From an uncultured delta proteobacterium (GTDB lineage Bacteria; Desulfobacterota; Binatia; UBA9968): a stretch of DNA of 64,000 nt. This document shows, in pieces, positions 61,814 to 64,000 of this stretch. The notes under the pieces are model-generated. The model had not been told where the DNA came from. It searched no databases and was given only the letters and a program-made list of their open reading frames with translations. Made by a program: the position numbers and the translations under genes. Numbering within the stretch: the stretch's first letter is position 1; the number at the start of each line of letters is the position of its first letter. The stretch covers positions 1,408,001-1,472,000 of the forward strand of contig CAVSHR010000004.1 in the NCBI GenBank assembly GCA_963727625.1. Direction: 5' to 3'.

Positions 61814-62494
61814 ATGGCCACTTCTCAGGAATTCGTAACCCAGCTCAAAAAAGACATCCAGGCCTTTCCCAAGATCCGCATCAAGCATCCGTTCCTGAAA
61901 GCGGTGTGCAACGGCACGGCGACCTTGGATCAGATTCGCACCTGGACGATTCAAGATTATCAGTTTCGCGCCGCTGTGCCGCGCATCGCGATGCTGCGCT
62001 ATCTGGCGTGCAACGATCCTGAGATCGCGCAAAAGCTCTGGGGTGTCGTCGAAGAAGAGACTCGCGGCATGGACACCGGCAGCGCCGGCCATAACGAACT
62101 GGCAATCCGCTTCGCCGAGTCCATCGGACTCAGCCGCAGCCAGCTTGAGAATACCGAGCTGCTGCCGTCGACCGCGGCGCATCTTTACTACGTCGAGCTG
62201 ATCATTCACACCCTGCCCTGGTTTGTCGTCATGTCGATCCAGATCGGTGCCGAAGGCACTTTCGGCCCGGCGGCCGCAGCCCTCGGCAACGGATTCATCG
62301 AAAAGTACAACATGAAGCCTGAGGACGTGCGCTTTTTCACCGTCCACTCCGAAGCGGATGAAGAGCACGGCAGCCTTGCCGAGGAAATCGCCGTGCGTTA
62401 CCTCCACGCGCCGCATCTTCAGGAATTGACGCGCAAGCATAATTTCCGCCGCATGGAATTGCTTTACGACATCTGGTCGGTTGCGGGATATTAA
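61814..62494 (+). CDS. Heme-oxygenase-like diiron (CADD/PqqC/TenA fold) redox enzyme
   Basis: KHPFL, EEE..GH, GAE, FFTVHSEADEEH ligand pattern. Confidence 0.8.
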   Translation: MATSQEFVTQLKKDIQAFPKIRIKHPFLKAVCNGTATLDQIRTWTIQDYQFRAAVPRIAMLRYLACNDPEIAQKLWGVVEEETRGMDTGSAGHNELAIRFAESIGLSRSQLENTELLPSTAAHLYYVELIIHTLPWFVVMSIQIGAEGTFGPAAAALGNGFIEKYNMKPEDVRFFTVHSEADEEHGSLAEEIAVRYLHAPHLQELTRKHNFRRMELLYDIWSVAGY

Positions 62495-62497
62495 GAG

Positions 62498-63508
62498 ATG
62501 GCGAAACTCACTTTAGGGTTCATCTCGGCGTTCAACGAGCGCGTCGAGCCTCTGATGAACGGCACCGTGCAGGCGGAAGGCATCGAGCTGATCCCGTCCT
62601 ACTCCCACCCCGCCGAAACCTTTTGGCGACAGCTCAAGTTCGGCGAGTTCGAGGTGGCGGAGATGTCGATGTCGTCGTATTTGATCGCCAAGGCGCACGG
62701 CCATGACATGATTGCGCTGCCGGTGTTTCCGAGCCGACGCTTGTTTCAAACCGAGCTGACTTATCATGTCGATTCCGGCATCACCAAACCGGAAGATCTC
62801 GCCGGCAAAAAGTTGGGTGTGGCGGAATATCAGCAAACTGCCGCGTTGTGGATTCGCGGCATTCTCGAGCACGACTTCGGCGTGTCTCAGTACAAGATTC
62901 ACTGGTACATGGAACGCAGCGAAGAAATGAGCCACGGCGGAGCCACCGGTTTCAAGCCGCCCGCGAGCATTTCGTTCAATCGGATCGCGCCGAACAAGAG
63001 CCTGGCCTCGACCCTGCTCGACAATGAACTGGACGTCGCCCACGTCGCCAGCCCCTTTGCGCTCCAAGCGAACGCCCTGGATCGCTCAAGCCGTATCACC
63101 GGCACAGGCAACTGGAGCAAAGTGCGGCCGCTGTTTCCCGACCGCATGGCCGAAGGCGCGCGCTTTTACAAACGGCATGGTTTTCTGCCGGTCAACCACG
63201 CCTACATCATTCGCGGTGATATCTATAAGAAGCATCCCTGGGTGGCGTTCAATCTTTACGCCGGTTTCGTCAAAGCCAAAGCGCTCGCCCGCGAGAAAAT
63301 GCTGGAGCGAATCCCGACCGCGCTTTTCTTTGGTCCGGAATATGCGGCGATGACTCGAGAGATGATCGGCGACGACCCGTTTCCCTTCGGCCTCAAGGCG
63401 AACAAGGCGATGCTCAAAACCATCATCGACTACTCCCACGAGCAAGGACTCACGCCGCGCAAAATGCAGGTTGAGGAGCTTTTCGCGGAAAGCACGCTGG
63501 GATTGTGA
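62498..63508 (+). CDS. 4,5-dihydroxyphthalate decarboxylase-like (periplasmic-binding-fold) protein
   Basis: PLMNGTV, AEMSMSSY, ALPVFPSR, EYQQTAALWIRGIL, FPFGLKAN, HEQGLTPR; no signal peptide. Confidence 0.8.
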   Translation: MAKLTLGFISAFNERVEPLMNGTVQAEGIELIPSYSHPAETFWRQLKFGEFEVAEMSMSSYLIAKAHGHDMIALPVFPSRRLFQTELTYHVDSGITKPEDLAGKKLGVAEYQQTAALWIRGILEHDFGVSQYKIHWYMERSEEMSHGGATGFKPPASISFNRIAPNKSLASTLLDNELDVAHVASPFALQANALDRSSRITGTGNWSKVRPLFPDRMAEGARFYKRHGFLPVNHAYIIRGDIYKKHPWVAFNLYAGFVKAKALAREKMLERIPTALFFGPEYAAMTREMIGDDPFPFGLKANKAMLKTIIDYSHEQGLTPRKMQVEELFAESTLGL

Positions 63509-63545
63509 CGACGCCGCGACATCGCACCAAAGAGGCGGAATTAAG

Positions 63546-64000
63546 ATGCCTGAACTCACGCTAAGCTTTGTTTCCAATTACAATGAGCGGGTCGAGCCGC
63601 TGATGAACGGGACGGTCAAGGCTGACAGCGTCGAGATCATCCCGACCTACTCCCATCCCTCCGAGACCTTCTGGCGCCAGCTCAAGTTCCAGGAATTCGA
63701 AGTCGCGGAAATGTCGATGTCGTCGTTTTTGATCGCGCGCGCACACGGCATCGACATGATCGCGCTACCGGTGTTTCCGAGCCGCCGTTTTTTCCACGCC
63801 GAGCAATCCTATCACGTCGATTCCGGGATCAAGGGACCGGGGGACCTAAACGGCAAACGCATCGGGGTCGGCGAGTATCAGCAGACCGCCGCATTATGGG
63901 CGCGCGGCGTCTTGGAGCATGACTTCGGCGTGTCTCAATATAAAGTCCATTGGTACATGGAGCGCACAGACGAATTGAGCCACGGCGGCGCCACCGGTTT
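63546..64000 (+). CDS. Second 4,5-dihydroxyphthalate decarboxylase-like paralogue (partial, runs off window)
   Basis: MPELTLSFVSNYNERVEPLMNGTV...FWRQLKFQEFEVAEMSMSS, collinear with 62498..63508. Confidence 0.85.
   Translation, partial: MPELTLSFVSNYNERVEPLMNGTVKADSVEIIPTYSHPSETFWRQLKFQEFEVAEMSMSSFLIARAHGIDMIALPVFPSRRFFHAEQSYHVDSGIKGPGDLNGKRIGVGEYQQTAALWARGVLEHDFGVSQYKVHWYMERTDELSHGGATG

Noticed and set aside
61070-62440. 456-aa minus-strand ORF and other long antisense ORFs (e.g. 3942..4997, 17628..18638, 8727..9584)
   Set aside because: Antisense shadows of well-supported genes in GC-rich DNA

Overview
GC-rich bacterial chromosomal window. Gene content (DUF507 pair, LL-DAP aminotransferase, TrmD-SPOUT fusion, many amidohydrolase, cupin and NMT1-type binding-protein paralogues) suggests a deltaproteobacterial-type organism such as Candidatus Binatia; this is an inference only. 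The first ~19 kb is core genome: dapL-folK, a peptidoglycan-recycling operon (ldcA, serine hydrolase, mpl), groESL, ffh-rpsP-khpA-rimM-trmD-rplS, rarA and ptrB. An intergenic region at 7034-7319 carries two perfect, inverted DnaA boxes. The rest is accessory: an OmpR-type two-component system with an SDR, a deleted GT9, TolC-MFP-RND and ArnT, linked by a shared 21-bp cop-box-like motif; many catabolic enzymes; a four-gene zincin / Ddl-like ATP-grasp / PGM1-like ATP-grasp / M20 peptidase operon (best candidate for an undescribed peptide ligation and removal system); a stand-alone PaaA-like diiron + small protein + cupin cluster; a decayed binding-protein gene beside an IS630 element; a secreted Ig-repeat protein; and an operon of two class II aldolase-fold proteins, a CADD-like diiron oxidase and two dihydroxyphthalate-decarboxylase-like proteins. 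Intergenic spaces hold several kinds of palindromic repeat. I saw no rRNA, tRNA or CRISPR array. All product calls come from motif recognition, not database searches.
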